From Candidatus Colwellbacteria bacterium (lineage in GTDB: Bacteria; Patescibacteriota; Minisyncoccia; UBA6257; Colwellbacteraceae), in assembly GCA_030700125.1 (NCBI GenBank), contig JAUYKE010000002.1, forward strand, positions 1 to 41,038: a stretch of DNA of 41,038 bases, given 5' to 3'. A program made the position numbers and the translations under genes. Of this stretch, positions 38,234-41,038 are shown piece after piece. Numbering within the stretch: the first letter of the stretch is position 1; each line of letters opens with the position of its first letter. The notes beneath the pieces are model-generated. The model saw nothing but the letters and a program-made list of their open reading frames with translations. It was not told the origin of the DNA and did not search any database.

Positions 38234-38452
38234 ATGGAATACAAGTGTCCACAATGCGGTCATGTTTCGGCCGAAGCGGGCAACTGCCCGATGTGTAATG
38301 TGCCAATGCAGCCGGTAAGCGGAGAGGCAAGCGCGCCAGCTCCGGCTGCTCCAGTTGAACCAGCCCAGCCAGCGGCACCGCCGGAGGAGCCGGTGGCTCC
38401 TGCAGGGCCTCCGCCAGCTGGCGGACCACCACCTCCGCCGGGAGCGGTCTAA
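38234..38452 (+). CDS. Zinc-ribbon protein with a Pro/Ala-rich tail
   Basis: CPQCGH...CPMCN four-Cys ribbon, then ~45 aa of P/A/E low complexity. Locally GC-rich. Confidence 0.5.
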   Translation: MEYKCPQCGHVSAEAGNCPMCNVPMQPVSGEASAPAPAAPVEPAQPAAPPEEPVAPAGPPPAGGPPPPPGAV

Positions 38453-38462
38453 AAGTTATTCA

Positions 38463-38494
38463 GAAAAACCTTCTTACTTCTAAGAAGGTTTTTC
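38463..38494 (+). terminator. Intrinsic terminator upstream of trxB
   Basis: gaaaaaccttctta cttc taagaaggtttttc (14-bp stem). A TATAAT follows at 38498-38503. Confidence 0.6.
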
Positions 38495-38511
38495 ATTTAT
38501 AATGGTTTTAC

Positions 38512-39459
38512 ATGTATAAGCTAATTGTCGTGGGCGGTGGACCGGGCGGAGTAGCCGCCGGAATTTACGCGGCGAGAAAAAAAATTGAAACATTACTTAT
38601 TACCGAAACTTTCGGTGGTCAATCAATTGACTCTTCCGATATTCATAACTGGATCGGCACAAAATCGATTTCCGGATTTGATTTTGCCAAAATGCTTGAA
38701 GAGCACCTGCGAGCCCAGGACGGCACAATTGAAATTGTGGATGGCGAAAGAGTAAGTAGGGTTGAAAAAATAACTGACGGCTATCGCGTTTCAACCGAGA
38801 GCGGCAAGAGTTTTGAGACCAAGTACCTTTTAATAACTGCCGGAAGCCACCGGAAGAGATTAGACATCCCCGGCGGGAAAGAATTTGACGGCCGGGGAGT
38901 GGCTTATTGCTCTATCTGCGATGCACCGCTTTTCGGCGGCAAGGTGGTGGCGGTTGTGGGCGGCGGCAATTCGGCGATAGAAGCGGTGATCGATTTATTA
39001 TCTTACGCTACAAAAATCTATTTAATTCACCGTCGCGATGCTTTGCGAGCTGATCCGGTGAGCCAGGAGAAAATTAAGAGCGACCCTAAAGTGGAATTTA
39101 TTCTAAACTCTGAAGTTCAAGAAATCTTGGGCAATGAGGATAAATTTGTGAACAGTTTAAAATACAAGGATAAGGTAAAGGGAGAAGTGAAGGAACTAAA
39201 AGTTGACGGTGTATTCGTGGAAATCGGCTCTGACCCCAACACTAATTTCTTGAAAGATTTGGTAAAAGTTGATGATTCGGGTCATATTGTGGTTGACCAT
39301 CGCACCCAGCAGACTTCCGAGCCGGGAATCTGGGCGGCCGGCGACGCCACCGATGTTTTATACAAACAGAACAACATCTCCGCCGGCGACGCTATCAAAG
39401 CCGTTCTAAATATCTACGATAAGTTAACCGGCCAAAACCGCGAGATTTCCAAACTCTAA
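38512..39459 (+). CDS. trxB: Thioredoxin-disulfide reductase
   Basis: VVGGGPGGVAAGIYAARK (FAD), redox CSIC in AYCSICDAPLFGG, VVGGGNSAIEAV + HRRDALRA (NADPH), WAAGDATD. Confidence 0.85.
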   Translation: MYKLIVVGGGPGGVAAGIYAARKKIETLLITETFGGQSIDSSDIHNWIGTKSISGFDFAKMLEEHLRAQDGTIEIVDGERVSRVEKITDGYRVSTESGKSFETKYLLITAGSHRKRLDIPGGKEFDGRGVAYCSICDAPLFGGKVVAVVGGGNSAIEAVIDLLSYATKIYLIHRRDALRADPVSQEKIKSDPKVEFILNSEVQEILGNEDKFVNSLKYKDKVKGEVKELKVDGVFVEIGSDPNTNFLKDLVKVDDSGHIVVDHRTQQTSEPGIWAAGDATDVLYKQNNISAGDAIKAVLNIYDKLTGQNREISKL

Positions 39460-39500
39460 AATAAAAGCTAACCCTAGTTTGGAATGAATAATTATCAGTT

Positions 39501-39524
39501 ACTAAACAAAAACCGCGATCGCGG
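39501..39524. repeat. Half copy (left arm + centre) of the 40-nt palindromic element; 24-nt direct repeat of 40167-40190
   Basis: actaaacaaaaaccgcgatcgcgg is identical at both positions. This copy lacks the right arm and T-run. Confidence 0.75.
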
Positions 39525-39557
39525 AAATGGTATAGTAAATAGATAAGAGTTAAAACC

Positions 39558-40136
39558 GTGGCGAGAGGAGAAATTACAAAGAGAATTTTGGAGCACTTAA
39601 CGGATGCAAGCGCCGACATCGCTTATCTTTTTGCAGCAATTATTATTTCTCCCTATGGCGCTTCAGGAAAACAAATTGAGAGAAAAATGTGGGAATTGCG
39701 AGAGGGAACCGGAAGAAACAAGTCTGATTTAGAAAGGATAAAGCGTAAGCAGCAAAGTTTCTACAGCACGCTATATAGATTGCAACGGCAGGGCTTTATA
39801 AAAAAGACGAAGGATCGAAATTTAACAGCCACTATCTTGGGGAAAGAAAAATATAAAAAGATATTGAAGCGTTTGCCCAGTAGGTCCCATAAGCCGCAGA
39901 GGGACGACAGCTTGAAGGTCGTTATTTTTGATATTCCCGAGAAAGAGAAATACAAGAGAGATTGGCTTCGAGATCAATTGCAGGATCTAGGTTTCAAGAT
40001 GCTTCAGAAGAGCGTTTGGATTGGGAGAAGGAAACTTCCAGGTGAATTTATGGAAGATATTCGGGATTTAAAGCTTCTGCCCTATGTTGAAATTTTCTCT
40101 GTTATAAAAACCGGATCTATTCAATTAACTAAATAA
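39558..40136 (+). CDS. PaaX-like protein: N-terminal winged-helix region + C-terminal Cas2/VapD-like ferredoxin-fold domain
   Basis: GTG start. The C-terminal LKVVIFDIPEKEKYKRDWLRDQLQDLGFKMLQKSVWIG matches the Cas2/PaaX_C beta-alpha-beta pattern. The N-terminal FYSTLYRLQRQGFIKK is wHTH-like. No cas genes or CRISPR array nearby. Confidence 0.6.
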   Translation: MARGEITKRILEHLTDASADIAYLFAAIIISPYGASGKQIERKMWELREGTGRNKSDLERIKRKQQSFYSTLYRLQRQGFIKKTKDRNLTATILGKEKYKKILKRLPSRSHKPQRDDSLKVVIFDIPEKEKYKRDWLRDQLQDLGFKMLQKSVWIGRRKLPGEFMEDIRDLKLLPYVEIFSVIKTGSIQLTK

Positions 40137-40164
40137 ATTTAAGAGTATTCTTAACTGGATTCTT

Positions 40165-40204
40165 TCACTAAACAAAAACCGCGATCGCGGTTTTTGTTTA
40201 GTGA
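40165..40204. repeat. 40-nt perfect palindromic element, copy C; functions as the terminator of the PaaX-like gene
   Basis: tcactaaacaaaaaccgcgatcgcggtttttgtttagtga is a perfect palindrome with an A-run/T-run stem, so it has bidirectional terminator geometry. Confidence 0.75.
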
Positions 40205-40440
40205 ACTTGAAGCTAGGCGCTGCGTTGAATGACTGGATTGAAAATAGTCTCGGATGAGTGTCTGGGCGAAGTCAAACTTTTCACGATCATTAAATTATAA
40301 CTGTGGATAACTTTTGCGGCTGGGAGTTTTTGGAGTGGAAAGCGAAGTCGTTTAAATCCATGTTCTCTTTTCCCTTTCCAGAGAGATCCGGCAACCGTTC
40401 GGTACAATTTTAAATATTTTCGGGAGCGAGAAAGAATGTG

Positions 40441-40469
40441 AGTCCGCTTTTAAGCGGACTTGTTGTTTG
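40441..40469 (+). terminator. Intrinsic terminator with no recognisable upstream CDS
   Basis: agtccgc ttttaa gcggact followed by tgttgtttg. It lies 236 nt after the previous terminator. Confidence 0.5.
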
Positions 40470-40470
40470 A

Positions 40471-40512
40471 GTTCGGCAATTGATTCGGAAATTTCCGAAT
40501 CAATTGCCGAAC
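40471..40512. repeat. 42-nt perfect palindrome (gttcggcaattgattcggaaa | tttccgaatcaattgccgaac)
   Basis: Verified base by base. A third ATTGCCGAA copy lies at 40534-40542. (CCTG)3 and the palindrome cctgccggcagg lie at 40512-40531. Confidence 0.8.
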
Positions 40513-40646
40513 CTGCCTGCCTGCCGGCAGGTGATTGCCGAATGAAATTAATGAGGTAGAAAAGTGTATTTAGGATTCCGTAAATTTGGTTGGATTCTTG
40601 TATTGATAAAGCCATGAGGCGCTGTTTTAATTAGGGGAACTATTTT

Positions 40647-41038
40647 ATGAACGGAGAAACAAATTCTAATACAGAGCCGGCAATTTCTAATACGGAGCCG
40701 GCGACTGAAGTGATGAATTTAAAACCGAAGAGAAGCAATTTTTGGAAATTTTTAATCGCCTTCGCGGCGATAATTTTATTGGTAATTGCGGGATATTGGT
40801 TATGGAATAATCGTTTGAGTCCGGAGGCGAAAGAATCACGAGAGATGCAGGCGAACTATGACAGAGCTATTGCGCACCAGCAGCAATTTGAGGAAGCGAT
40901 GAAAAATGATACTTATGGCGGAAAAACTCCAGAGGAAACTTTGCAGCTTTTTATTGATGCATTACGTAAAGATGATATTGAGCTAGCTTACAAGTATTTT
41001 ATTTTGAAAGAAGATGGCAATCGGGATCCGAAATGGAG
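40647..41038 (+). CDS. Membrane-anchored hypothetical protein (3' partial, runs off the window; not in the ORF track)
   Basis: ATG at 40647 preceded by aggggaa 8 nt upstream. Open to the window end (130 codons). Sequence MNGETNSNTEPAISNTEPATEV..., one TM helix (FWKFLIAFAAIILLVIAGYWLW), then a soluble region. Confidence 0.55.
   Translation, partial: MNGETNSNTEPAISNTEPATEVMNLKPKRSNFWKFLIAFAAIILLVIAGYWLWNNRLSPEAKESREMQANYDRAIAHQQQFEEAMKNDTYGGKTPEETLQLFIDALRKDDIELAYKYFILKEDGNRDPKW

Noticed and set aside
38234-38452. The GC-rich Pro/Ala tail region as a possible repeat or foreign insert
   Set aside because: The reading frame stays open behind a canonical four-Cys zinc ribbon, and a good terminator follows. 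The GC excess is explained by Pro/Ala codons. It is kept as a low-confidence CDS only.
40352-40615. 87-aa minus-strand ORF, and the 64-aa ORF 40213..40407
   Set aside because: The 87-aa ORF reads straight through a terminator hairpin, a 42-nt perfect palindrome and (CCTG)3, which gives the mirror-like peptide SAIDSEISESIAEL. There is no SD and no recognisable family. I treated the region as non-coding.

Overview
This is a gene-dense 41-kb fragment with about 45 CDS, mostly on the minus strand. Many adjacent genes overlap by 1-14 nt at stop/start, which implies long translationally coupled operons. I found no rRNA, tRNA, CRISPR array, transposase or integrase.

Nt 2-36586 is one very large surface-glycan island. 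It contains:
- a Wzy_C (O-antigen-ligase-like) membrane protein fused to TPR repeats;
- a bacillosamine-like module (PglF-like dehydratase, DegT aminotransferase, PglC-like phosphoglycosyltransferase) with an embedded split transketolase-like pair;
- GDP-fucose genes (gmd, gmm, fcl) and GDP-perosamine synthase;
- a second, active-site-divergent Gmd paralog next to a sugar C-methyltransferase;
- a sulfation operon (pyruvate-kinase-like::ATP sulfurylase fusion, APS kinase, sulfotransferase);
- a nonulosonic-acid (sialic/legionaminic-type) module (CBS::aminotransferase fusion, acetyltransferase, neuC, neuB, neuA, plus a dehydrogenase, a Gfo/Idh/MocA oxidoreductase and a class-III aminotransferase);
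- GT2 and GT4 transferases, two methyltransferases, and two paralogous Wzx-type flippases flanking truB;
- a Thr-rich Ig-domain secreted protein.

Nt 36645-39459 is a thiol-redox module: DsbA-like protein, an unannotated SPW-type mini membrane ORF, NrdH-like glutaredoxin, a zinc-ribbon protein and TrxB. It is followed by a PaaX/Cas2-like gene flanked by 24-nt direct repeats and by a hairpin-rich noncoding stretch.

The features least explained by standard annotation are:
- the PK::ATP-sulfurylase fusion;
- a ~320-nt plus-strand structured-RNA candidate that interrupts the minus-strand operon at 7096-7418;
- the Gmd paralog lacking the dehydratase Glu;
- a 40-nt palindromic element family (CACTA...CGCGATCGCG...TAGTG);
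- a 51-nt GC-rich hairpin insert with 9-nt direct repeats that separates two ORFs in frame.

The gene content (a Wzy_C-TPR protein, no LPS genes seen in this window, compact operons) is compatible with an uncultivated small-genome bacterium such as Patescibacteria/CPR. That is inference only. All similarity statements come from by-eye motif recognition; no searches were run.
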